DNA of 64,000 bases, from positions 12,400,001 through 12,464,000 of the forward strand of contig CM060734.1 of NCBI GenBank assembly GCA_030704615.1, written 5' to 3'. The translations under genes and the position numbers were made by a program. The stretch's first letter is position 1, and each line of letters starts with the position of its first letter. Under the pieces are notes generated by a model. The model was not told the DNA's origin and did not search any database. It saw only the letters and a list, made by a program, of their open reading frames with translations. This stretch comes from Takakia lepidozioides (taxonomy: Eukaryota > Plantae > Bryophyta). Shown in pieces: positions 26,520-37,907 of the stretch.

Positions 26520-28400
26520 CAAGACCACTAGGGTCATTGTCATTGAAAGACAAAGCAGCCCTTTACAAGGCATACTCATCGTCGCCATCTCCCCTTTACC
26601 CAACGAATGTGACGACTATCTTGCCACACAATCAGACTCCCAAATCATTCATATCCTGCAAGAATTACAGGCTCTACCCCTACACCCCAACAACTACTTG
26701 GCCTGGCACTCCACTGCCTATCAAGCTACACCAGTCGCTCAATCTATTACATGGTGTGCTCCATAAGAAACTGAGTGACCATCTTAGTACTCTAACCTCT
26801 TGCACGGATGAGGAACACCGAACCATCGCCAATAAATTCCCCTTCCTCTCTGAGGAGATCCTCTCTGATACTATTAACTCCGTAACACCCATACCCGTCC
26901 CTCAACCACCATCTATACTTACACCGCCCCGGCCATCAATATCCCTAACCGGCCAGCCCCAGCCCCAGCCCCAGCCCCCCCCCATTGACCACCTCGCCCA
27001 GGCATTCACCCAACTCCCCTGACCCCCACTCTCACGCTCTTAACATTACTACCTAGAATGTTGGCTCCCTAGCCTCCAGTATCCAGAGTCTGATTCACCT
27101 CCTCACAAGTTCCACGCCTCCCCACATTATTCTCTTACAAGAAACCAAACTACATACCAATAACTCCAGCACCTCTTATATAAACAAACTCATTCTCTCC
27201 TATTACCTCCTATACGGTACCCCTCTGCCTGCCTCACAATGCCTCCGACGACGCTATGCCCCATACTGCCCTTCTCGGGGCGGAGTGGCTTTCGGCATCC
27301 ATCGGACACACCACTTCTCCATCACTACCTCAAAAAATACCTGTCCCTATCCCTCTCCGCTCCCACAGGTACAAATCATCCAACTCCACCTACCAACACT
27401 TAACCCCATTACCATAATTCACTTATACATGCCCTCACACACTGATGATGTAGCGTTGATCCTAGATATTCTACACACCATCTCTAATGCTATTTCCAAT
27501 CTTGAACAACAACACCATAACTGCATACTAGCAGGTGACTTTAACCAAGACATCGCCCTCCTAGGGCACACATTTAATGGCCTCCACAAACCCCCATCCC
27601 CACTAGACTACAAATGGGCTAAGTTTATTCAGCAACACCAATTTTGTTACATCCCGGCAGATTATCACTACTCACGATAGGGAGGGCTTCACTATTCATC
27701 CTTAAGCCTTATTGACGGATTCTTCCTCCGGATACGAGACAACATACCCACATACCCTAAAAGCCACATCCACATTGACAACTTATGTAACTCCGACCAT
27801 TACCCGGTCTCCGTCTCTCCCCCCCATGGATCTCTCATCCCCATCCGACCTATGCCACAGGTACCAACCTCCTCCCCTCAGCCTCGGATACTATCCCGCT
27901 ACCGCAACGCAACATTACTGCATTCCAAACCCACTTCCACCTTATTGCTTCAATCCTCACACTTAAACTCGCACACATCCTCTCTGATACTAACCTACTG
28001 CATTCTCCAGAAGCCACCTGGCTTGAGGCCGAACGCACACTCTCATCCTTAATACAAGAAATGACTCAGAGCGTCACTGCCACATGCTCCGCCCTGACCT
28101 CCCCCAGACCACCCGCTCAAAACAAAATGGTGGTTCCTAACTAGATCCAAAAGCGTGCATGGAATTCTCACCTCAACATCTATCACACCATACGTCAAGC
28201 CCTCACTGTCATACCCAACTCATCATTGCCGTCACTACACAATAATTGGAGATCTGATATCTGCATCACAAGCCTAAACACCCTCCCGGCATGCCGTGCC
28301 CTTATGCCACCTCCTGATGACCCTGCCACCCTTCCCACTTGCGTTGTTGCCATATCCAAACTTGGTAGAGAATCCAAAGAGAGAAGACTTCAGCCAGCAT
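26520..28400 (+). mobile_element. LINE fragment with a complete but degenerate APE domain
   Basis: NITT*NVGSL, IILLQETK, GGVAFGI, IHLYMP, ILAGDFN, SLIDGF and NSDHYPV in the expected order. Confidence 0.85.
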
Positions 28401-28413
28401 AGCTAAGAGCCAC

Positions 28414-30153
28414 TTCGCCTCACGGCTACTGCCCCACTACACTACACTGATGGCTCCCTGACAACTAGCATGTAGCCCAGTGGTAATGGGCACATACCAC
28501 GTTGGATGTGGTTGTGGGTTCAAACCACGGTCTGGTGTGTCATGAAGGTGTCCACCTTTCAGCTGGAAGGCAGTAGCCCTTGTGGTGAAGAGACACCATA
28601 AGTTACGCTCCCTTCGGGAGGCGTCATACTTTCTTGATGGGTCCCTTTCAGGCCCCAATGCCGGTTACGGTGTTTATCACGCTGCTACTAACAAGGGTAC
28701 GGCTTCTAGACTCCCTGGACTTGCCACCATACTCCGTGCAGAACTTATGGCCATCTATGAAGCTCTCTCCCAACTATCCTCATTCTCCCCTCCCCACTAT
28801 ATATTCACGGATGGTCTTACATCGCTTTTTCTTATCCGTAACCACCTTGCTTGCCCCTCGTCACATCACCACCACCCAGACCGCAACCTTATCTCAACAA
28901 TAGCCAGTCTAGCCATATCCGTGGAACAACCCATCCACTTTTTAAAAAGTCCGCTCACACACCGGTATTGCTGGCAACAAGGAGGCTGACCTCGTCACAC
29001 AAGCAGGTGCTCTTATGCCCTGTGTTGACCCCACCAACGAGCCGATTCATATTGCGCATGCACATCCATTCTGGCTGGTACACCCCATTCCCAATCCTCC
29101 TGATCCTAAGCCTGTACGAAACCTCCTCACCATCCTCACTAAAGAAGCTAATCAGCAAGCTATGTCATCTATGAGCCACACCAAAGTCCATATCCAAAAA
29201 TGGACACAATCCACAATACTCCATCACAAACTGTCAAACTATTTCTATGCAACTAATGCTCAAATTAGACAAACACTTAAATTCCGTTATGCTCAATATA
29301 TGGGCCACCAACGCAAACACGTTTTCTGGCCGCGCCTATTCCCCTCACCATATTGCCCTTTATGTTTACATACCCATCAGGTTAGGGATACATGGCTGCA
29401 TCTCCTAAGCCAATGCACCCACCCAGTCATTCATTGTCTACATATTACTCGTCATAACCATACAGTCTAGCACATCCACAAACTCCTCATGCAATGCTCC
29501 AAAACCCGGTGGTTCTCACTTATCAATGCAGGCACCTACCAAGGCAAGCCACCAGACCATACCGTCCCACCATGGCTACTACCATGCACATGCTCACGCC
29601 ACCCCTGCACCTGCCCTGCCAGACTATGCCCTGACATCCTGCTTGCACATGGCCTACCCATCAATACCCACCCGCCCACCTCCCCATCCCCGCATATTAC
29701 CATCCACTTTACATGTTGTCACGATCGCTACCCCACCTCTTCCATCTTGGAAAAGCGACAAAAATATGCACCTCTTATCTTTGCTATCTGTCAAAGGGGC
29801 TGGAACACCGGCCCACTCTCTGTCATTATAGCCGGTACCCACGGGGGTATCCATAATGCTAGCATAGAGGCAGTGCACGACAACTTTCATATCCCGATAT
29901 CCCCTATCCACAAGTGTTTCAAGGCAATACACCTCACGGCCCTACGCTCTCTCACAACTATCATTACAAACAAACGACAACTCAAATCCAACCCCCCTCG
30001 GCACCCCAGACCGTTGGACACCCTCGGTATCACGGGTACCCAGGGTACCTTGAGTACCCCTAATACTTCCATCCCCCGATACCGGGTGTCCCCTAGACAC
30101 CCGCGTTATTCATAGGGCCCACCCCCAAAAGGGGGCAGTAGCCGTGAGGCGAA
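28414..30153 (+). mobile_element. LINE 3' part: RNase H, CCHC, restriction-like endonuclease (RLE) and structured 3' UTR (Dualen/RandI-like)
   Basis: RNase H motifs YTDGS, ILRAELMAI and IFTDG; CPLC...HLLSQC..RHN; RLCPDIL...EKRQKYAPL (RLE). The 3' end is hairpin-rich. A SINE interrupts the RNase H. Confidence 0.85.
28460..28634 (+). mobile_element. tRNA-derived SINE, copy 1
   Basis: A-box TAGCCCAGTGG and B-box GGTTCAAACC. TSD tgatgg(c/g)tccct at 28448-28459 and 28635-28646. Confidence 0.88.
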
Positions 30154-30845
30154 TTGACAGTTCCCTTGAGATTGTTCTAGAGTACCCCTCAATAGTTGCT
30201 AGGTGGCTGACAAGACCAACTGTGAAGATAGACATCATAATTGAATTGAGTATAGCAACAGGGGCAGTAGGGATTTGAATTAGGAGAGCAGGACAGGGCC
30301 CAATGCTAAAGACTTATTCTTGTGATGTGACTTAGACATAAAGGTGAAAATGAGCGTGGTTTTTTTTGCTTCTGTATTTGACATATGTCATCTGTAATAT
30401 GAATGGGGGTGTACATACTGGATTTGTCTTTTTTTTTTTATGAATGAGGTAATCTGCCTTGGGGATGAATTCCCACTTTTCTCGTCATCTTTTGACCTAG
30501 ATTCACGGGCATGACGAGTGTGTGCAGGGGAGGTGCAGTGACGGCTTGGCAGTCTCAGAATTGAGGTATGCATACATCACATTGGGAGGGTGGCATGACC
30601 AGGTGAGAGAGAGGAAATACCCTGAGGTGCCTGCAATGAAATGGAGTGATTGATCTGCTGAATGGGAGGGACAAGCACTATCTAAACGGTTGGCTTTATT
30701 GAACCTGAAGGACCTGTAACTATCATGAACAGTATGGGTGCCTAATATACGTGTCATCTTCATTTGATGTGAGAAGATAACAACAAGGGATGGGAGAGAC
30801 AATTTGAGCTACTTTTATAACTTGGGAAAAATGGTGGCATGACCA

Positions 30846-30848
<3 letters not shown>

Positions 30849-30905
<57 letters not shown>
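30849..30905. repeat. (GA)n microsatellite
   Basis: About 28 perfect GA units. Confidence 0.97.
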
Positions 30906-30909
<4 letters not shown>

Positions 30910-31375
30910 GAAAAACCCTGAGAAGATATGTGAAATGCCTCAGTGTCAGTCTAGAAGAGTGATCAATGGACAAGTGGGTAGTTCAGTTCAGCTGCTGAAC
31001 ATATTAGCACCTGTGTGGAAAATGACATACCCTATGAACTACCAAATGAAAATCTCTTTAACCATAACTGACCCTGCATTCATGATGTTCTAAGTGTGAC
31101 TTGAGCACAGGAAAACACCACGTTGGCGTATGCAATTACCAATCAACATGACACCTAAAACAAGACAGAGGTAGATGGGTAGTGCTGGCAGCCTTACCTT
31201 TATCTTCTCTTTCGTTGTGGTAAGGGTAGGGTGAGGAATCTCTGATCATGGTAAGTCAGTAAGTAACACAGCTTAGGCTTTTGGGCCATCTCTTTTAACA
31301 CTACATATCCTTCTCTTTTCTCCCTTCCTATCATTCGAGTATAGCAATGGATCTCACCATGTGTTCGGGCTCTGT

Positions 31376-31790
31376 AATCAGAGCAAATACGTAGTAGCAC
31401 TGAAGGTGCTGTTCAAAAGTAAGCTACAACAACCACAAGTTGAGCATAAGCTACGTCGAGAGATTGAAATTCAATGCCACCTCCGCCATCCCAACATCCT
31501 CCGCCTCTCTGGCTACTTTTATGACCAGGTATGCAACTTTTCTACCATTCATTTCCAAGTTGTGGATTGATACTTGAAATGCAGAGAGTTATGTAGATTG
31601 GTACTGAGGAATTTGGATGAGTATCCAGGTAGCGAGTGCCTGCAACATTGTGCAAATAGTGTTTGTCAACATGCTGACTAATTTTCTATGGGGTGGTGGA
31701 CACAGATACGTGTTTATTTGATACTGGAGTATGCAGCTAAGGGTGAGTTGTACAAAGAGCTCCAGCGATGGAAAGTCTTCAGTGAGAAGC
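31376..31790 (+). pseudogene. AUR: Aurora kinase gene fragment (two exons plus intron)
   Basis: [53 protein letters not shown], then IRVYLILEYAAKGELYKELQR (31706-31790). No flanking exons are visible. Confidence 0.85.
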
Positions 31791-32022
31791 TTATGAATTT
31801 ACGGTGATTGACTTATGATGTCCTTTCGTTTACATCCATGTTTCTGTTATGCAAAAAGAAAGGAGGCCATTTTTGGATGGGAAAGTAGGGTGATTGTTAG
31901 ACTGACAAAGACAGATAGCCGCGGAAAGTTTTGAAAAAAGAATACTGAGAAGGGTTTGTTGGTGGTTGGTATGCAACTTGCAGTTTGTTGAGTAACGAGA
32001 TGGAACAATTTATTATCAACTC

Positions 32023-32193
32023 GACAACCAGCATGTAGCCCAGTGGTAATGGGCACATACCACGTTGGATGTGGTTGTGGGTTCAAACCACAGTCTGGTG
32101 TGTCATGAAGGTGTCCACCTTTCAGCTGGAAGGCAGTAGCCCTTGTGGTGAAGTGACACCATAAGTTACGCTCCCTTCGGGAGGCGTCATACT
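32023..32193 (+). mobile_element. tRNA-derived SINE, copy 2
   Basis: Near-identical to copy 1. TSD tttattatca(a/c)ctc at 32009-32022 and 32194-32207. Confidence 0.9.
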
Positions 32194-35100
32194 TTTATTA
32201 TCACCTCACATGTGAGGCGATCCGGATGTGGAAGACCAAGTGAGTAGTTCATTTTGCATTCGAGAGGGGTAGCCTTGTTATGAATGAGACGTTTATCATG
32301 CAAGGGTTGGTTTCCAAGTAGTGTTGGCTCACGTGTAAGGTATGCAGAAAAACAATTGTGCCACAGTGAAAAGTTATCTAGGGGTGGTTTTAGAACTGTC
32401 ACTCTCCATGTTGCAAAATTCTGAATAATTGGATAATATAAAGTGAAGTGACATTTTGCACCCGTGGGTCGTTTGGCCTCTTCTGCCATTTCTTTATGTA
32501 CCTTGATTTGGCCATTCACCGCTTGTTTGATGGGATCTATTATGTCTTTCATCGTTTTCGCATTTCTAATGACATGATCAGCTCTCTTGTATGGCATTAC
32601 ATGCGTATGTAGTAGTCGGCTCACTACAAACACCAAAATTTCAAAGCATCAACCATTATAAATGATTGTTCAGGTAATTTTGAGTACTTCATTTAAAGTA
32701 GTAAACCAGTGGTTGTGCCGACTTTCCCTGTCGCATTTGCTACTCGACATTTAGCACTGCGAGTTATGTGCTCGACTACCACGTGGCGCCTCGGCTGTGC
32801 GGCCACGTGTCTGCACACAGCTGAGTATGTGCATTCCACGTGCTTTGTCGCGACGATGCCACGTCTGCGTCCGCGTCCATGTGTCACCTTGTTCCTGTAA
32901 GTCAAATCAATCATCGGAAGTAAAAAATCAAAGTCAACCTAAAAGTCAGACACATGGACAGAGCGTCTAAACACGCCACGTGGCTCTCCAGCAATAATTG
33001 CAGAGCAGTAATTGTTACAACTGTCCGTTACCACTCAATTTCCGGCATGTCCATTTCAACTGGGATGTCTATTGTAACTTGTATGTTACTACTTCGGAGT
33101 CCGGAGTCGTTCTTGTATGTTTTGACTCAAAATGAGTCGTTTCCCGAGTCGTAAAAGACAAACTTCTTTCTAGTGTAGAAGTTGAGGAGACTCTGAACAT
33201 TGAGGCGCCACGATGAAAGCTTCGCAACTCCAAGTTGAGGAGATTTTGAACATTGGAGCCACGCTTAACACCCTGCTCGTTTTGATATTTGATCATCGAG
33301 CTCTTTGCCATCGTGGGTCTGGTGCATCGCAGTGGTGGTTATGTCAAACTGCCACTCTTAGTTCCTCATTCCCTCTTTAACACGACCAGGGGATAAAAAA
33401 CAGAATTTTAATCTATAGTCTTTTGACGCGTGTCATTGTAATTATGAAACAATGCACACTCTAGATTACAAATAATAAAAATGTCCACGTGTAGTCGCAC
33501 CTGCAGTAGTCAAAACAACTCGTAATTTCAGTAATTTACCAATTAATTTTTCTCCTATTTCAAACAAAATGGCCCATAAATCGGCGGCCAACCCGTAGTC
33601 GTCCAAGCAACTTCTCCACTTCATCCGCAATGCCAGCGTGGCATGAATAAATGTCTGTGACGACTTGTAAGTTGTGGACTTGACTTGTGAGTCGCAAATT
33701 GAGTGGTTTCGGACAGCGTCGCACGCCGAGTTTGGGGTCATGAATGTATAAGCCTCAAGAAACTGTCTACAATCATCTGACCAGTTGTCAGTGTCTGTGA
33801 AAATGGCCCAACTGGGCCCGAAAAGCAGCGTTTCCTACTACTGTCCTAATGGTGGTCTTTTCAGCCACTGTGAATGCAGATGGCCCCCCTCCCACCCCCG
33901 GGAGTACCTCTGGGCTACCAACAGTTGGTTCAGAAGGGGGCTGAGCTATCACCGCAGCCCCTTTTGCAGGTACTGCTGCTTGAGCCTTAATGAGCACCAC
34001 AAACTCGGCCAATTGCTGCTCCATTCCACACAGTAAAGGTAATTCCAGCAAGTGCAACTATCATGTGTAATCATCCATGAATGATATGGGGTCTTTCTTT
34101 TCACACTACAAGTCAAATTTGCATTTGGTCTATGTGGTTGGTGGGGAATTGTAGAAAAAGAATAAGGCCCGCAGCCCGTCTATGTCCGAACTTGGGGAAG
34201 CGCAACTATAGGCGGCCGTGGGGACCACCTCAGATGCAACAATGACAAGGGTAGGTTGCAGCCCCACACATTTGTTGGGCGTGTTGCAAGGCACTGTTAT
34301 ATGTTACTGAAATCATGTGGATGCATACTGATTCTGGCTGGGCGTCAAAAGGGTTCATTTTGAATTTGTAGTATGTCTCTGTGTTTTCCAAGGAGGTCAA
34401 AACTCTATGGCGTATCGTTTGGCTGAAATGGAGAAGCAACTGGCCAAAAAACAGAATTCAAGCAAAGTATTATGACAAAGATTCGCCACAAGAAGAGCCA
34501 AATCTCTACCTACTTGGAAACGTAAGTACAAAACAACGGTGGGGTTCGACACCTCTGACTGTTTACTTACCTCCCGACAGACGCACCATTTATATGACGA
34601 GCCCTGGGCGCGCGCGGCCAGGGTGACGACATACTAGCTAAGGGGTCGGGGCAAATTGTGGTGTAGGTTAGGCTCGAAGAACCGCCTACCCGGCTGCGAT
34701 TAGTGCAGGGGTCTGCGGCATGGTTTTGGTGGATACTCACAATACCTAGTTTTTAAGTTCCACCAGTTCAATAAGTTCAATAAGGCGCTTTTAGCCTATT
34801 TAGGAAGTTTAGGAAATAAAAATAATTATAAATAACAAAATTAGGAAAAATACCTCCTAAGTAGAGAATCCTGAGGGGGATCCAGAGATACCATTGGCAC
34901 CTCCAATGGAACATGGGAACCCCCTGGGAACCAAGCTAAACTTCTGGGAACTTCCGGGAACGGGAATCGTTGCCCGCCGCGGGGAATGGCGCGCTGCCCT
35001 TGGATGAATGAAATCGCTGAGACAAAGCCCTTTCCGCCCATCCGTTAGTGTAGAATCCGCCTGCCTAAAATATAAAATAAGTCCATGGTGGGTCCTAGCC

Positions 35101-36349
35101 TAGTTCTACTGCGTTTATAGTAGTTTAAGGCCCCGGCCGCACCTACCGGTTAGCTAGTGGGCCAGTAGCCGACGCTACCGTGCCTGCTAGCTAGTAGGTC
35201 TGGCAGGAAATTTTGCAAGGGTGCTTTCTCCCCTATGGAAAAGGTCATCCCCTACCTTTGGATCTGACACGCTTTGTCACTGTAGCCTAGAATTCCGGCC
35301 AGAGTACTTTGTGTTCACCTCAGTCTCCCGCTGTCTCTGTATATACCTCTGGACTGAAATGTCCTATGAGACTCCTCTATAGCTCAAATGAAAGCTCTCT
35401 CCAAGGGTCGTCCCCTCAAAAGCACAAAATTTTTCTACCATTGGAACCCATCTAAAAGCTTCCCCGGCCCTTTATCATGGGTATAAATTAAAGGAATAGT
35501 CGTAGGTAAGAGAACCCCCCCCTTAAAACCTTATCTGCTGCGGGGTAAAGGTTGCCCCCCGCCACGTGGCAGGGCGTGGTTCTGCGCGGGGCGGTCCGCG
35601 CCGCGGACCCCTGGTCTCTGCTGTGGTTGACACTGGTGACCGCCAGTCCGCGGGCCAAAATTTTACCCGGCGGACAATAGCTCGCCCTTTTCGCCCACTT
35701 TGTGTGCCTCGTGCCTCCCAGCCACGCGGCTCTGTCCTTTCTCTCAAGTACAATGGAAGTCAGCGGCTGAGGGCCCGCGCAGCCGTTGCGCGTGTCCACG
35801 GCAGCCTCCCGCTTATGAAATCTCGAGTTCCTAGCTCTAAGGCGCGGCTCCCGGGCCTACCCCGGGCTGCTCGCGATGCCTGGGCAGATCCTACCAGCCC
35901 AAGAGAAAACCCCAACCCCAAAAAAAACAACAAAGCCCCCCTTTGTCCTCAATGGACCTTCAGCGATGAGATATCGCGAAAAAACAAGATACTGCATCAA
36001 GGCAACGGCCGGTCACGGTGGCTTCAGGGTTAAGCGGAGACTTCCCAGCGATGCAGGAGAAGACGGAGATGACTCTGGAAGATCTGTGACCCAGTGGCAA
36101 GGCCAAAGACCCCCAGGGGCAACATCAGTAGATTATTTATCAGGAAGCAACAAACTTCCTATGTGGCGAAACCACTAAACCGGCGATTAAAGTATATTTT
36201 CATCCCCGATTATCCTGAGAATTTGCAGGCTTCTACGGGATACCTAATCATAATTATTCACCAAGTTTGGTGATTTATGGAAAAGATTATTGACGACATC
36301 AAATTATCAAGCCAACGGCACTTGCGGAGGCCGATTAATTGCTTTTCTA

Positions 36350-36485
36350 CTTCATCCATGGGATGAAAAATGATAAATTCGCCCTGGAGGCTAGATGGAT
36401 GAAACATGACAACTAGCGCCAACTAGCCATCCAAGGGATGGATGAAAAAACATTTATCATTTGCCTCTATTATTTTCCATCCAAA
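36350..36485. repeat. Second GGATGAAA/TTCATCC cluster
   Basis: ttcatccatgggatgaaaa, ggatgaaac, ggatggatgaaaaa. Confidence 0.5.
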
Positions 36486-36872
36486 TTATTAGTTTATTTT
36501 ACTCTATTGTTTTTAGACTATAGATCCCTCAAGTTTATAATAGTTTAAAATTATTTCCCATTAGTTTTTTAGGCCCAAAAACGATATATAAGGAGGGCCA
36601 CACCCCAGTTTCATTGTATAGTTTTCCTCTTGCTTGTTGTAGTGTTGCTTTGCTAATCTTGCTTGATGAGGCCTAGGTCCTAGGGAGTGGAGCTTGAAGC
36701 TCCCTTGTGTAGGAAGGTTGTTTTTGGAGAGCTAAGGCAAGGTGTCATAGTTCATTGTTGGCCTTGAGGCCCTTGGGAATTTATAAAGGATGTACAAACT
36801 ACTTCTACCAATCGCCAAGACTTCTCCCATGTGAGCCTAATGGACTTGAGAGAGGGGATATATATATATATA

Positions 36873-37038
36873 GACGCCTCCCGAAGGGAGCGTAAATTAT
36901 GGTGTCTCTTCACCACAAGGGCTGCTGCCTTCCAGATAAAAGGTGGATAACTTCATGACACACCAGACCGTGGTTTGAACCCACAACCACATCCAACGTG
37001 GTATGTGCCCATTACCACTAGGCTACATGCTGATTGTC
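36873..37038 (-). mobile_element. tRNA-derived SINE, copy 3, with a (TA)n 3' tail
   Basis: Reverse complement of copies 1 and 2. TSD tgagagag(g/a)gga at 36847-36858 and 37039-37050. Confidence 0.88.
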
Positions 37039-37907
37039 TGAGAGAGAGGAGAACAGATAGATCACAACCTGTAATTCAAACAGTCGTCGTGTATGTTCGA
37101 ACAGATCCAACTGCTGTTATGGGTATCAAACTGGTAGCCTATCATGCTGTCGATGCAGCTTCCTACGGTCGGTTTGACGCTAGAGTCCTACTCCATGGTC
37201 GTCGCAGACGCTGACTAAATTCCTAAGTGCTTCACCAACAACTTCCCAATAACTAACAGATTGCCCTGCTTTGGCATTACAATGCCAAAACTGCTCAAGA
37301 TAAAAAACGATCCAAAAAGAAAAATGTACCATTATATGCATCTACAAGCAGCTGCTTACATTCCCATGATGTTCAACGCTACAATTACGCTCCAAGGCGT
37401 GTGACTCGGAGTGCTTGGGGCTACCTTGGAGTTGTCTTGAATGAATGAGCACTAAGGGAAGGAGAAAAGGTTGAGAGAGAGATAAATGTGTGGTGTAGCT
37501 CTGGGTTCACTGTTGAATGACCGCGTGATGGGGTGGTGACGATACAGTGCTAGTATTTGATGAAAACCCACGGGTATATCACCCGAGTGTGATGATGTTA
37601 GTCGAATGCGGCACACCCCTGGCATATGCAATCATTGAGTTCGGTTTTTATCACCGGTGAGCCCCTGCTTCCTCTTCTCTTCCGCTACGGGGCAGCATGT
37701 ACGGAATATGAACGCCAGATGTTGACGGGTAATACCTAGGTGGTTTACGTAGCCCCATTTTTTCACACCACAAACTCACTCCCAGCTGGTATCTGATCCA
37801 TGCCACCACATCCAATTCTGAACAAAAGCTTCAGAACTCTATCAGTGACTCTCTCATTCTCTCCATGTATCTGATAAGATGGATGAAAGTGAGTCCACAA
37901 ATTACCA

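Noticed and set aside
28460-28535. tRNA gene
   Set aside because: It has A/B boxes but no proper cloverleaf or anticodon arm; it is repeated three times with TSDs, so it is a SINE head.
28540-28630. Hammerhead ribozyme in the SINE or LINE 3' end
   Set aside because: It lacks the CUGANGA and GAAA core; reported only as a structured CAGUA/GAA module.
37550-37760. C/D snoRNA or structured ncRNA (TGATGA boxes)
   Set aside because: No convincing D box, terminal stem or rRNA guide could be identified by eye.
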